DNA from: Armatimonadota bacterium
GTDB taxonomy: Bacteria; Armatimonadota; HRBIN16
Assembly (NCBI GenBank): GCA_040289885.1
Contig: PSLZ01000004.1
Span: 54,094-118,093, forward strand
Direction of reading: 5' to 3'
DNA: 64,000 nucleotides
A program made the position numbers and the translations under genes. The notes below the pieces were generated by a model. It saw nothing but the letters and a program-made list of their open reading frames with translations. It was not told the DNA's origin and ran no database searches. How positions within the stretch are numbered: position 1 is the first letter of the stretch; every line of letters begins with the position of its first letter. Below are positions 20,110-30,672 of this stretch, piece by piece.

Positions 20110-20755
20110 TTATTTGGTTGCGATGGCTTGCCTCATAGCATCCGGCGGCTGGTGACACTGGTGCACTTCCACAGTAACATGTGCCAGCTCCGGCAAGTGC
20201 TGAAGCCGTTGTTTATAAGCTTGCGCGGTCTCAGGGCTGTGCGCGACCACGCTGAGGATGCAGGCATATCTGCCTTGCCCCACACGCCATACGTGCAGGT
20301 CACTGATACGGGTATCACCATCGGACTCGATAGCCTGCACAATCTCGTGGGGCAGGGAGCTACCGTCCCGGTCTAACAGCACCGCCGCACTTTCCTTCAG
20401 CAATCCATAGGTCCAGCGCAGGATCATCAGCGCGCCCAGTACGCCTGCCACGGGATCCAACCAGTTCCATCCGAAGTGTTTGGCACCCAGCAGTGCCACG
20501 AGCGCGATGCCCGAGGTCAACGCATCTGCCAGCACATGTAGATACGCAGCGCGCAGGTTCAAGTCACGATGGTGCTCGTGTTCGAGGTTGTGCTCATCTC
20601 CGTGGTGCAGGATACGCGCACTCAGCAGGTTCACCCCTAGACCAATCACCGCCACCAGCAGAGCCTGATTGTGGGCGATAGGCAAAGGGTACAACATCCG
20701 CTGACGGGTTAAAATGATGGTGATGTTGCCAGTGCGACAGATGCGAGTGATGCAT
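20110..20755 (-). pseudogene. cation diffusion facilitator (CDF) transporter with internal deletion
   Basis: A His-rich N-terminus (MHHSHLSHWQHHHHFN, with GGAGGA SD) joins out of frame to RQRMLYPLPIAHNQALLVAVIGLGVNLLSA. TM1-TM2 are missing; the C-terminal cytoplasmic domain is intact. Confidence 0.7.
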
Positions 20756-20770
20756 TTCTTTTGATCCTCC

Positions 20771-21754
20771 TCACACTACCCTGTCCTCTGGCAGTTCACC
20801 CCGCGCCACACATTCTACATCGCGCACCACCTTCTCGCCCATCAGGCGCAGGGTCTCGCGCGTGTAGGCAGCGATGTGCGGCACGATCAGCACGTTCGGA
20901 TACCTCAGCAGACGGTGCGTGCCGTCGATAGGCTCTCTCTCCACCACGTCCATGCCGATCGCCGATACTTTGCCCGACTCCAGCGCCGCAACCAGCGCGT
21001 CCTCATCGATCAGCTCGCCTCGCGCGGTGTTGACAACAAACACGCCCGGCTTCATCAACCCAAATTCGCGGTGCGATAGCATATGGTAATTGCCTTCGTT
21101 CAACGAGGCGTTGAGCGAGATGATGTCCGAGCGCCGCAGTAGGTCATCCAGCTCGACCGGTTCGGCACAACGCGCGCGGATCGTGTCGGGCGACAGGTAG
21201 GGGTCGTAGGCGATGGTGTGCGCCCCGAAGCCATGACGCAGTATCTCTGCCACCCGGCTGCCGATGTTGCCGATGCCGATGATGCCCACCGTTTTATCCT
21301 TGATTTCCAAACCCACGAAGCGCGCACGCTCTGCCCATCGGCTCTTGTAGACCGCTCGTCGTGCCTCGTGGGTCAGGCGCAGGATGTCCAGCAAGAGGGC
21401 AACTGCCAGCTCCGCGACCGCCTCGCGCTCTACCCATGGGGTAACTTTAGTGACGATCACGCCTTTCGCCGCCGCGCTGGGCAGATGGATATTGTCCACC
21501 CCGATGCCGTGTCGGGCGATAAGCAGGGTCTGGTCTTTGTGCTCGAAGAACTCGCGCGTGTAGTAGGGCTTCACGCTGGCGATGATGACGTTGTAGCCCT
21601 GCAGGGCGTGCGCCAGTGTTTTGCCGTCGATGTGCGCAGGCAACTCCAGCCGCTCTACCTGCCCCAGCGCGCTCAGGCGTTGCAGATGCTCTGGGAAGTA
21701 CTTCCCGAAACTGCTGGAGTTGACAATGGCGATACGCAGAGCTATCCCACCCAT
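20771..21754 (-). CDS. D-isomer-specific 2-hydroxyacid dehydrogenase
   Basis: GIIGIGNIGSRVA NAD-binding loop, the ARG...ID catalytic region and HIAAYT. The track ORF is 5'-extended across the neighbouring gene. Confidence 0.8.
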   Translation of the reverse strand: MGGIALRIAIVNSSSFGKYFPEHLQRLSALGQVERLELPAHIDGKTLAHALQGYNVIIASVKPYYTREFFEHKDQTLLIARHGIGVDNIHLPSAAAKGVIVTKVTPWVEREAVAELAVALLLDILRLTHEARRAVYKSRWAERARFVGLEIKDKTVGIIGIGNIGSRVAEILRHGFGAHTIAYDPYLSPDTIRARCAEPVELDDLLRRSDIISLNASLNEGNYHMLSHREFGLMKPGVFVVNTARGELIDEDALVAALESGKVSAIGMDVVEREPIDGTHRLLRYPNVLIVPHIAAYTRETLRLMGEKVVRDVECVARGELPEDRVV

Positions 21755-22380
21755 TCTCCCACCGTCTGTAGCCAGTGCCGAGCGATGAGCGCATGTCCCG
21801 CAGGGGATGGGTGCACCCCATCGCCTGCCCAGAACGCCGGCTCGCGCATTGCACACACCTTGGCGAAGATACCATCCAGCGGAATATACAGCGCGTTGAA
21901 CTCGCGAGCAAGTCGCCGAACCACCTGAATCTTCGGGTCGAGGTCCTCGCGCCAGCCCTCCATCTCCCGCCGGACGTGTATCAGAAACGGCTCTATGAGC
22001 ATCAGGCGGGCACGTGTGCGTTCGCGGGTGATGCGAAGCAGTTCCCGGTATTCGCGCTCGAATCGGTCGGCAGGAGTAGGGTCGTTGCTGTCGTAGCGCC
22101 GCCACATGTCGTTGATGCCGATTAAAATGGACACCCAATCTGGCTTGAGGGCGACACAGTCCTGTTCCCAACGCGCCAGCAGATCGCGCACGCGGTTGCC
22201 GCTGATACCGCGGTTGAGGAATCGCACTGGTCGGTTGGGATGCATGGCTTGGAACAGGCTCGCTGTCATCAGCGCGTAGCCCCAACCGAGGCTGTTGGGG
22301 TCGTTGCGGTCGCGTCCGGCATCGGTAATGCTATCTCCTTGAAACAGCACCAGCGAATCATTGCCTAAAAGCCCTGACAT
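21742..22380 (-). CDS. SGNH/GDSL hydrolase
   Basis: Block I FQGDSITD, block III GINDMW, block V DGVHPSPAGH. The start ATG at 22380 lies 1 nt after the upstream stop. Confidence 0.75.
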   Translation of the reverse strand: MSGLLGNDSLVLFQGDSITDAGRDRNDPNSLGWGYALMTASLFQAMHPNRPVRFLNRGISGNRVRDLLARWEQDCVALKPDWVSILIGINDMWRRYDSNDPTPADRFEREYRELLRITRERTRARLMLIEPFLIHVRREMEGWREDLDPKIQVVRRLAREFNALYIPLDGIFAKVCAMREPAFWAGDGVHPSPAGHALIARHWLQTVGEWVG

Positions 22381-22381
22381 T

Positions 22382-23824
22382 CTACGCTCCTCCCGCTTCG
22401 GTGAGTGCCTGCAGATGTTTTTCGATATGTTCGGTGACAAGGCGATAATGCTCCTGCTCATGCGCATCCAGCAGGTCGCGGATGGTACTGCCCGCTTCCT
22501 CCAGAAGCACACCGTAAGAGATATGGAACAGCTGGCGCACTTTGGGCTGAGCCAGGAACGCGCTGAGGTCATTGGGGGGCAGTGGCGGAAACTGCTCCGC
22601 GCTGATGGAGACCGAATACCCCCGCGTGCTCTCCTCGATGGAGAACAGGCATAGGCGATACAGGTCGGTGAAAAGGACAGGGTGCACCCGGGCAATCAGC
22701 TCTACCGCCTCCAGCCAGCTGGTACCGGAGGTCTTCACGTGGAATCTGCCCCCCGTTGCCTCGCGGAAGAGGTGGTAGATACTGAACTTATCGCTTCCCG
22801 AATGCAGGCTGAGGCGATAGCCTTGCAGTTCCTTACATAGCGCGGCATGCAGACGGAGGGCTCTGCCCAGCTCGGCGAGGTCGCCGGCGTAATCTACGCC
22901 TTTCTGAAACTCGCCTGGCAAACGCAGAGCCAGGCTGGTCAAGTTGGCATCACTGCGCCGCAGGTACTCCACCACGAAAACGTGGTCTTCCGGAGTGGAG
23001 ATTCGGGGGCTTTCGTCGATAGAGAGCTCGAAGTCAAACGCGCTGAGGTTGGTGCGCAGGATTTCGTACAGGCGGCAGGCTTCCTGAAGGGCGTCCTCGA
23101 AGGCGATGGCAGAGAGCGCTAACTGCTGGGCGTCCAGTGTGTAGTACTCCCCTTGCTCGGTGCGGATGCGCAGGTTAAGATGGTCGCGCACGATGCTCTG
23201 ACTGAGCGCGGAGAGCGTGCGTGCTTTGTCCACGATTTCAGGCTGGGTGAGGCGCGTTACGTCCCGCAGATGGTCGCTCACGTCAACGGTGTACATGCTG
23301 TAGCCCGCTTCCATCGCCTGCAGAATCTGCTGTTCATGCTTGATGTGGTCGGCGTCTGCACCCCATGTGCCTGCGTAGCCTGTCTCTAGCACACCTGTCA
23401 CTGCCGACAACATCACATCCCGGAAGTCACGCCCCGTTCTGACCAGTTCGCGTGGCGACTGCTGGGCGATGACCGGGAACACCCGATAGCGTGCCAGAGC
23501 CTGCAGATGCGCTCCGCTGACCATGCCCAGCCTGTCGCCCGCGCCGAAAGAGATGGGCTGATCGCAGGTAGAGGGTGCAAGCGAGAGCATCGTGCGCAAA
23601 GCCAAATAGTTGGGCCATGTGAGAGGGATGCCGGCCAGGTTGGTTTCGGCGTCCAGCAATAGCGCTTCGTCTAGCTCACCCAGCACCTCGGGCTGAGTGG
23701 TTGCCAGAAAGGCGGAACCATTGCGCCGCGCGAAGCAGATGGTGGTTCCGCGCACTTGCCGGCAGGAGTTTTCGTAGACGCGGAAGCCCGTCTGGCGCAG
23801 TAACTGCTGGATGTGCGTGTCCAT
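22382..23824 (-). CDS. UxaE-like tagaturonate/fructuronate epimerase family protein
   Basis: About 480 aa with FGAGDRLG and WGADADHIK blocks recalled from the UxaE family. This is recognition only. Confidence 0.45.
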   Translation of the reverse strand: MDTHIQQLLRQTGFRVYENSCRQVRGTTICFARRNGSAFLATTQPEVLGELDEALLLDAETNLAGIPLTWPNYLALRTMLSLAPSTCDQPISFGAGDRLGMVSGAHLQALARYRVFPVIAQQSPRELVRTGRDFRDVMLSAVTGVLETGYAGTWGADADHIKHEQQILQAMEAGYSMYTVDVSDHLRDVTRLTQPEIVDKARTLSALSQSIVRDHLNLRIRTEQGEYYTLDAQQLALSAIAFEDALQEACRLYEILRTNLSAFDFELSIDESPRISTPEDHVFVVEYLRRSDANLTSLALRLPGEFQKGVDYAGDLAELGRALRLHAALCKELQGYRLSLHSGSDKFSIYHLFREATGGRFHVKTSGTSWLEAVELIARVHPVLFTDLYRLCLFSIEESTRGYSVSISAEQFPPLPPNDLSAFLAQPKVRQLFHISYGVLLEEAGSTIRDLLDAHEQEHYRLVTEHIEKHLQALTEAGGA

Positions 23825-23839
23825 GTCGCCTCCTGTTGC

Positions 23840-26074
23840 TCACAATGCTTCGGCGCGAAGCATGCGCGGGATGGCGTTTTCGTAGGCGTCCACCATGTCG
23901 TCCAGCGCCCCCTGCGCCCGCACTTCACCGTTGACGCGGATGCGCAGTGTCTTCTCGTCGCGCACTTCGCCCAGAACCACCATCGCGATCCGGTGTGACC
24001 GGGCGAGCTCCTGCAGTTTGGGCAGATTCGGCGCGGGCAGAGAGACCACGATACGCGAGGCGGTCTCCCCAAACAGCTCCGCGTCGATGCGCTGTGCGGT
24101 CTCGATGGCGATGTCTGCGCCCATGTGGCCCAAGATGCAGGACTCCGCCAGAGCCACCGCCAGCCCACCATCTGAGCAGTCGTGTGCACTGTGCAGGAGC
24201 CTGTTTGCGATGGCGGAGCGCACGCACGCCTGTAGGCGTTTCTCGGCTTCAAGGTCAATAGCAGGGGGAGCACCCGCCTCGATGTGGTGCACGACCGCGA
24301 GATATTCGCTTCCCCCCAGTCCGCCAAGCGGGTCCCGCCAGCCTTCGGGCAGAAGCAGAACCACCCGGTCGCCCGCCTGGCGAAAGCCCGCCTTGCAATG
24401 CAGGGTCACATCCTCTAGCAACCCCACCATGCCGATGGTCGGGGTAGGAAACACCGCCGCATCGGGGGTTTCATTGTAGAAGGAGACGTTTCCCGAGATG
24501 ACGGGCGTCTCCAGCACCTCGCAAGCGGTGGCGATGCCGTCCACGGCGCGCTCGAATTGCCAGAAGATTTCGGGTCGCTCTGGGTTGGCGAAGTTAAGAC
24601 AGTCGGTAACCGCCAGCGGCTTCGCGCCCGTGCAGGAGATGTTGCGTGCGCATTCCGCCACAGCGTGCATCCCACCCACGAAGGGGTCTAGGTAGCAATA
24701 GCGTCCGTTGCCGTCGATCTTCAGCGCGATGCCTTTACCCCCCGTGCCGCGTAAGCGCAGGACCGCCGCATCGCCACCCGGCAGGTAGACGGTCTGCGTC
24801 TGCACCATATGGTCATACTGCTCGTAGACCCACCGTTTGCTGGCGATAGAAGGGGAGGCTAGCAATCCCAGCAAAACGCGCGTGTAATCTTCGGGTTCCG
24901 GCAGTTCGCTGGGGTCAAAGGCGCGCACAGTGGCGATGTAGGCAGGCTCTTGCGTTCTGAGCGTGTAGGTGGGGCAAGCGTCAGTGAGGAACGCGGCGGG
25001 GAACTCGGCGGCGACCTGCTCGCCCTCTTTCACGCGCAGGATTCCGTCATCGGTCACGTGCCCAATGACCACCGCGTTCAGTCCCCATTTACGAAAGATG
25101 CTGGCAACCGCCTCCTCGCGCCCCTTCTCCACGATGCACAACATGCGCTCCTGCGATTCGGAGAGCATCACCTCGTAGGAGGTCATCCCCTCCTCGCGGC
25201 GTGGTACCTTCAGCACGTCGATCTCCATGCCCGTGCCGCCCTTGAAAGCGGTCTCGCTGGTGGAGCAGGTCAACCCTGCCGCGCCCATGTCTTGAATGCC
25301 CACGATGTCACCGGTCGCTAGCGCTTCCAGGGTGGCTTCGATGAGCAGTTTCTCGGCGAAGGGGTCGCCCATCTGCACGTTGGGGCGTCGCGCCTCCGAG
25401 TGCTCGCTCAGCTCTTCACTGGCGAAGGTGGCGCCATGGATGCCGTCGCGCCCCGTGCTGGAACCAACATACAGTACCGGGTTGCCCACCCCCTCCGCGC
25501 GCGCCCGGGCGATTCGGTCAAGGCGTACGATACCCACCGCCATCGCATTGACCAGCGGATTGCCCGAATAGCACCGGTTGAAATAGACCTCGCCTGCCAC
25601 AGTGGGCACGCCCACGCAGTTGCCATACCACGCGATTCCCCCCACCACGTGGGTAAACAGATAGCGGTTGCGCGCCTCGTCCAGCGGTCCGAAGCGCAGG
25701 CTGTCTAGAATGGCGATGGGACGCGCGCCCATGGTGAAGATGTCACGCAGGATGCCTCCGACACCTGTCGCTGCGCCCTGAAACGGCTCTACCGCCGAGG
25801 GGTGGTTGTGGCTCTCCACCTTCATCACGATGCCCCAGCCGTCGCCGATGTCTACAACCCCCGCGTTCTCCAGCCCGCCCGCTTCCATCGCCTCACGGTA
25901 TTTGCGGAACCGGCGCAGGATCGGGCGCGAGTACTTGTATCCGCAATGTTCCGACCACATCACGGCGAACATGCCCAGTTCCGTGTAGGTCGGTTCGCGC
26001 CCCAGCAGTTGCAGGATACGCTGGTACTCCTCGTCGTTCAAGCCCATTTCGCGATATACTTTGGGGTCAATCAT
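23840..26074 (-). CDS. purL: phosphoribosylformylglycinamidine synthase subunit PurL
   Basis: [39 protein letters not shown] and the duplicated AIR-synthase-like halves. Trimmed to the ATG at 26074. Confidence 0.9.
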   Translation of the reverse strand: MIDPKVYREMGLNDEEYQRILQLLGREPTYTELGMFAVMWSEHCGYKYSRPILRRFRKYREAMEAGGLENAGVVDIGDGWGIVMKVESHNHPSAVEPFQGAATGVGGILRDIFTMGARPIAILDSLRFGPLDEARNRYLFTHVVGGIAWYGNCVGVPTVAGEVYFNRCYSGNPLVNAMAVGIVRLDRIARARAEGVGNPVLYVGSSTGRDGIHGATFASEELSEHSEARRPNVQMGDPFAEKLLIEATLEALATGDIVGIQDMGAAGLTCSTSETAFKGGTGMEIDVLKVPRREEGMTSYEVMLSESQERMLCIVEKGREEAVASIFRKWGLNAVVIGHVTDDGILRVKEGEQVAAEFPAAFLTDACPTYTLRTQEPAYIATVRAFDPSELPEPEDYTRVLLGLLASPSIASKRWVYEQYDHMVQTQTVYLPGGDAAVLRLRGTGGKGIALKIDGNGRYCYLDPFVGGMHAVAECARNISCTGAKPLAVTDCLNFANPERPEIFWQFERAVDGIATACEVLETPVISGNVSFYNETPDAAVFPTPTIGMVGLLEDVTLHCKAGFRQAGDRVVLLLPEGWRDPLGGLGGSEYLAVVHHIEAGAPPAIDLEAEKRLQACVRSAIANRLLHSAHDCSDGGLAVALAESCILGHMGADIAIETAQRIDAELFGETASRIVVSLPAPNLPKLQELARSHRIAMVVLGEVRDEKTLRIRVNGEVRAQGALDDMVDAYENAIPRMLRAEAL

Positions 26075-26286
26075 GATGCACGCTCCGCATGGTGGTTCCG
26101 TATCCAGATTGTACCGCAGGAGGCAGGATTCCTGTTGGTAGTGAGCAAAGCGGGAACAGGGCCTCACCTTGTCCAGCAAAAGTCGCAAAAAACTAAAAAA
26201 TTTTTGGGCTTTTACCCGCTTTACCCCCAGTTTTGGTACGAATCTTGCAGTATCATAGAGATGGGTAAAGCAACACGGCGCACCTG

Positions 26287-26970
26287 ATGCACGCCGATGG
26301 TTTGGTGATAGCGCATTGTGCTTACGATGCGTGGGGTCCGTTGATGGCGGGCGCGAACGCGACACCCTATGGCTACAAAGGGCAGTGGGGGTATGATACC
26401 GATAGCGAGACAGGACTGCTGTTGCTGACCTATCGGTATCTAGACCCCACCACAGGCAGGTTTTTGACAAGAGACCCGATAGGGTGTGAAGGCGGGATTA
26501 ATCTGTATGCGTATGTGGGGAATGGCGCGCTATCGGTGTTTGACCCATCGGGTTGGACGCCGCGAACGTGTATGATGCCCCTTTATCTAGTGCCGGTGCC
26601 GCCCAAGCCAAGACCTGAAGGTAAGGTAACATGCAGTACTGCAGGCTATCCAATGCACGTCTCACGCAACGACCCGCGATATCCTTGTGCTCTGCGAGTG
26701 TGCCGTCGGTATGCGCAACTTTGGGACGAGATGGAGCGTATCGCGGAGGATCTCTGCGGCGGCAAATCACCCTGGTCCGTCATCATCTGTGCTGAAACGA
26801 ACAGCTTGTATCCTCCTGTGGATCGAGGACATCCATGTTGGCGCGAAGGAGGAGGGGGACTGTTCTGCTGTGTGGAATGCCAAATACGAGTCTGTGCTTG
26901 GGTGTCTCAGCCTTACGAGCAAAGGCTCAATGAGTGGCGTGACAGAGAACTGGAGAGGTGTGGATTTTGA
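26287..26970 (+). CDS. orphan Rhs C-terminal tip (core end plus Cys-rich toxin-like domain), 5'-truncated
   Basis: YDAWG...[42 protein letters not shown], followed by about 130 aa containing 11 Cys. The frame opens only at 26269. Confidence 0.7.
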   Translation: MHADGLVIAHCAYDAWGPLMAGANATPYGYKGQWGYDTDSETGLLLLTYRYLDPTTGRFLTRDPIGCEGGINLYAYVGNGALSVFDPSGWTPRTCMMPLYLVPVPPKPRPEGKVTCSTAGYPMHVSRNDPRYPCALRVCRRYAQLWDEMERIAEDLCGGKSPWSVIICAETNSLYPPVDRGHPCWREGGGGLFCCVECQIRVCAWVSQPYEQRLNEWRDRELERCGF

Positions 26971-27521
26971 TGAGCACCGACCAACCAACAGATGCGGCTT
27001 TTGGATGGCGGCTTGCTTTCATCATCTCCGCAGGCGTTTGGTTACTGACACTTGTACTGGTGTTCTGTTTTTGGCCAGTCCACATTATTCGCTGTCCCCA
27101 ACGACCTGCGGTTGTAGAATACAAGGGTGATTATTGCACGTTCTTCATGGCAAGCTTCATCGTGACTGTACCAACAGCATGGCAAGGATGGGTCCACAGA
27201 AACGAGTTGGGAGAAACTGTTCTGGCAGAGCAGAGGGTGTCTTTCTCGCCAAGTTGGGGGTGGGTTGTGTTTCGTTCATATTATGACAAGCGTCCTGACG
27301 CGTTGGAGCGCTGGGCAAACGCTTTTCCTCATTCGTCTCAGCAGAGAACGCGGATAGCCGGCCAGCCCGCCATCAAGCAGGTTGATGGGATGACCGAGGC
27401 GTGGTTTGTGCACTGGGACACACGGATACTCATTGTCTCCGTGCAATATGCCCAGAAGACAGCCGAGGCGGAGAAGGAGGTCCGTGATGCCTTGATTACG
27501 CTGGAGCTTCGCACAGAATAA
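26970..27521 (+). CDS. candidate cognate immunity protein (two N-terminal TM helices)
   Basis: Its ATG shares the A of the toxin TGA (TGATG). GGAGAGG SD is present, and there are no recognisable motifs. Confidence 0.5.
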   Translation: MSTDQPTDAAFGWRLAFIISAGVWLLTLVLVFCFWPVHIIRCPQRPAVVEYKGDYCTFFMASFIVTVPTAWQGWVHRNELGETVLAEQRVSFSPSWGWVVFRSYYDKRPDALERWANAFPHSSQQRTRIAGQPAIKQVDGMTEAWFVHWDTRILIVSVQYAQKTAEAEKEVRDALITLELRTE

Positions 27522-27711
27522 CCTGCAGAAGGACGGTTATGAAGTTATAGGGGCGCCATACTGAGCGGAATAAAGCATCATGAGATTCTTCGCTTCGCTC
27601 AGAATGACAAGAGAGCAGCTCAGAAGGACGACTTTGACCCACAAGGCAACACCGCACACCTGATGAAAGGCGGTGGGGAGTAGCACCGCTACCCCCCGTG
27701 GACCGCCCGCA

Positions 27712-30036
27712 CTACGGCGGCGTGGTTCGGCTGGGAACCTGCAGGGGACGCCCAGCCAGGTCGGTGAAGCGCACCGCCAGTTTCCATTGGTAGCCGTGAT
27801 TGATGACCTTAACCACCAGCAGATGCCACTGATCCCCGACGCCAGCAACGGATACCCGGTCCTGGTCGAACAGGAAGCCTCTGGGCACGTCGGACGACAG
27901 GATGGGTTTGCTGTCCAGCCATACCGCCGCGCCGTCATTGCTTCCCACGCGCAGGCTGATGGGCGCCGGTCCGGGCAGTTGTACCCAGCAGGCGGCGTAT
28001 GCGCTCACCCAGGGCTCCTTGGTGAACAGCTCGCGCAGGTCCAGCACGCCGAAAGGCTGTGTAGTGCTCACCTTCTGCCACCCTCTTAAGCCTGCAAGGG
28101 TGTTCACCTTCTGCGTCAGGTCGATGTTCTGCACCGGAACGGCCGGCTTGTCCAGCTCGCCCTGATAGCATCGGAAGGGGCCGATAACCAGCCATTCGGT
28201 CAGGAATCCCAGCTCTTGGGCGAAGGTGTTGCCTTCCGCTTCCGCGCGACGCAGTGCCTCTTGCCGTGCCTCTGGCGTGGTATAGCCGGCGTTGCTCAGC
28301 AGTTCCACGTATGCTTGCGCTCTACTGGCGCGCTCTTTGCTCTCGATTCCCGCCAGCCAAAGGTCGATGACGTCCTTATCCCTGCTGTGCTTTATCTGCT
28401 GAACCAGCTGGGCGAACTGCAGGTCGATGTCATATGCCTGCATGGTCTTGCCGGCGCGTCGGGTGACCGCAGACTGCCACTGCAGGGTGTAGACCCGATA
28501 ACCGAGCAGGAGCTTGCGCACGCGCTCCTTCACCTGCGCGGAACGCGCCTGTCGGGACGCCTCCTCCAGCAGACGCTGTCCCTCCTCCATCGCCTGCGCG
28601 GAAGGATAGACCCACCAGTCTTCGTGGAACGCATAGGCGTCCAGAGGGATGCTCGCCATCATCTGCTCGTACATGGTGAAGTAGCGCTGTACTGGTTCGG
28701 CGGACTTGGCGAACAGGTGCTGGCAAAAGTCGCGAATCAGAGCATCGGTGTTCGGATGGGGGTTCCAGGCCAGCTTCACCGCCGCGGTGATGTTCAGGGG
28801 TTGCGTCCACCAGTCATCGTGCGTTTCGCTGTGTAGGAGCTCGATACCCACCTTAGCGTAGAACGGGATGTCTACCTTGAGCGTGTGCACCAGCGGCCAC
28901 TGCCCGAACCACTGCCAATGTCCATAGTAGTCGTAGATGCCCACATGGGGACACAGCTCGCGCCAGCGCAGAACAATCTGGCGAAACCGTCGGCACGGAG
29001 CGCAGTCGGCGGTGATGGGGTGTGCATGACAGAACTCCCAGGGGGTGTGGCAGATCACAGGCATCAGGTTCGGAAGAGGCTTGATCTTCTGGGGTGGCTC
29101 CGTGTGCGTGAGGTAAGCGTAGAAACAGAGCAGTTTGTCGGGATAGCGTTTTGCCACCTCCTCCGCGACCTGGTTGAAGAAATAGACGAGCCGGTCGGTG
29201 AACTGCCCGCCGGGCGCGAAGGGGTCTACGCCGATCTGCCGGTCCAGAGCGCGACACCGTTCGCACTGGCAGAACTTGCCGGAGTCGTTGGGGGAGAGGG
29301 AGAAGGTTTTCGCCTGCGGGTTCTTCTCAAAGTACTCCAGTACCCGCTGGATAGTGATGCGGATGACTTCGGGATGGGTTGTGCAAAGCTGCCCCCCGCG
29401 TGCGCCGTCTCTCAGCGCGAACCACTCGGGATGGCGGGGGAGTTCGCTGGAGGGGATGATCCCCTCCCAGTTATGGCTGTGGAAGTAGGGCTGAAAGCCG
29501 TTGAGTCGGTTACGCCGTTTCCACTCCGCCCCTTTCGGCGGGTCTGCCTGGTAGCCACCGAAGCCGGTGACGCTGGGGATGGCTGGCTCGCGCGTTTCGT
29601 TGAGCGACTGCACGACGATGTCCTTGCGCCGAGGCACGTACTCGCCCAGTTCGCCCGGGATGTACCAGTGCACGCCCAGATGGTTTTCCAGCAGACCGTA
29701 GATGCCGTTTACCACGCCCGCTTCGTTTGCCCCTTCGATGAGCAGAGGCTTGCCTTCCGTGCGGAGACGATATCCCACATGGGACAGCCCGGATGCTCCC
29801 GTTCGCAGTACCACCGCCATCTGGTCTGCGCTGGCGTTCGGCACCACTTGCAAGCGCGCTCCGCTCATTTTCTCGATATACAGGCGGAGGTCGGCGATCG
29901 CGAGGGCAAGGTCGCCTTGTGGATTCGCCGGCGCGACGAGGAGCGCGTGGGGCTTGCCGCCTCGCACCAGTACTACTTGAGCGAACGCACCGACTGAAAA
30001 GCCGGTGGCCAAAAGCATTATCAGCACGAGCCGCAT
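27712..30036 (-). CDS. secreted DUF4838-like protein
   Basis: Signal peptide MRLVLIMLLATGFSVGAFA. The FCQCERCRAL motif and flanking blocks are paralogous to 13459-16839. Confidence 0.6.
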   Translation of the reverse strand: MRLVLIMLLATGFSVGAFAQVVLVRGGKPHALLVAPANPQGDLALAIADLRLYIEKMSGARLQVVPNASADQMAVVLRTGASGLSHVGYRLRTEGKPLLIEGANEAGVVNGIYGLLENHLGVHWYIPGELGEYVPRRKDIVVQSLNETREPAIPSVTGFGGYQADPPKGAEWKRRNRLNGFQPYFHSHNWEGIIPSSELPRHPEWFALRDGARGGQLCTTHPEVIRITIQRVLEYFEKNPQAKTFSLSPNDSGKFCQCERCRALDRQIGVDPFAPGGQFTDRLVYFFNQVAEEVAKRYPDKLLCFYAYLTHTEPPQKIKPLPNLMPVICHTPWEFCHAHPITADCAPCRRFRQIVLRWRELCPHVGIYDYYGHWQWFGQWPLVHTLKVDIPFYAKVGIELLHSETHDDWWTQPLNITAAVKLAWNPHPNTDALIRDFCQHLFAKSAEPVQRYFTMYEQMMASIPLDAYAFHEDWWVYPSAQAMEEGQRLLEEASRQARSAQVKERVRKLLLGYRVYTLQWQSAVTRRAGKTMQAYDIDLQFAQLVQQIKHSRDKDVIDLWLAGIESKERASRAQAYVELLSNAGYTTPEARQEALRRAEAEGNTFAQELGFLTEWLVIGPFRCYQGELDKPAVPVQNIDLTQKVNTLAGLRGWQKVSTTQPFGVLDLRELFTKEPWVSAYAACWVQLPGPAPISLRVGSNDGAAVWLDSKPILSSDVPRGFLFDQDRVSVAGVGDQWHLLVVKVINHGYQWKLAVRFTDLAGRPLQVPSRTTPP

Positions 30037-30117
30037 GGTGTGAAACCCCTTTATACATACTGCAAAGGGGATTCCATAGGAGCGATAGTTCCTCCTTTGA
30101 GCCTCGGACCTTCCGCC

Positions 30118-30654
30118 CTATCGGCTCAGGCGTATGTTATCGAGGTAAACCACACCGGTGGGTCGCTCGGCATACCACATCAACTCGGTGACAGCCGACA
30201 GGTCTATATGCCTCTGCAGGGAGGGGATGTCCACCGCCAGCGTGTTGGCGCCCGGGGCAAGGGGGATGCCCCATATCCAGTGGCGCCTGCCGTGCGCGTC
30301 CGAAATACGCAGGTTCAACCGCAGGGGTGCGCCGTCACGGTACATATCCGCTTTCAACGTGTGCCATCCCCGCCAGTCCATCGGGAAGCCCCCGCTGTCC
30401 AGGATGACGGTCTCGTGTTTGGCACAGAATCGGACGCGCAGGGAGCGGCGACCGTGTGTGGCGTGTTCGGCAACCAGGGTACGGGAGGCGGTGCCGCCGT
30501 AGATTGGTAACATGGTTGGGCGTTCGAAGGAGAAGAGTAGTCGTTCGGGAGGAGAGGGGCGTACTGCTTGCGGTGCTTTGTCGCACCCCGCCAGCGCGCA
30601 CATGGCGAGAACCAAGCCGACGATGCCCACACGGTGAACCGCACTGCTACTCAT
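30118..30654 (-). CDS. lipoprotein, jelly-roll/CBM-like
   Basis: Lipobox LAGC. The beta-rich body ends in YLDNIRL, as in carbohydrate-binding modules. Confidence 0.45.
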   Translation of the reverse strand: MSSSAVHRVGIVGLVLAMCALAGCDKAPQAVRPSPPERLLFSFERPTMLPIYGGTASRTLVAEHATHGRRSLRVRFCAKHETVILDSGGFPMDWRGWHTLKADMYRDGAPLRLNLRISDAHGRRHWIWGIPLAPGANTLAVDIPSLQRHIDLSAVTELMWYAERPTGVVYLDNIRLSR

Positions 30655-30672
30655 GCCTGCTTAAGGGCGCCC

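Noticed and set aside
23840-26470. Long N-terminal extensions of track ORFs: purL to 26470, miaB to 35943, 2-hydroxyacid dehydrogenase to 22285, SGNH hydrolase to 22695, CapA to 41717, tpiA to 13469, DUF4838 to 16947.
   Set aside because: The extensions are Arg/Pro/Ser-rich and overlap neighbouring genes. Conserved family N-termini begin at internal ATGs preceded by GGAGG-like sites. Stop-poor high-GC sequence explains the open frames.
27585-27615. Hairpin-forming element GATTCTTCGCTTCGCTCAGAATGAC (translates as VILSEAKNL on the minus strand). It resembles a short repeat I recall from other genomes.
   Set aside because: There is a single copy in this window, and I cannot verify the recollection without a search. 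It may simply be part of the convergent terminator region.
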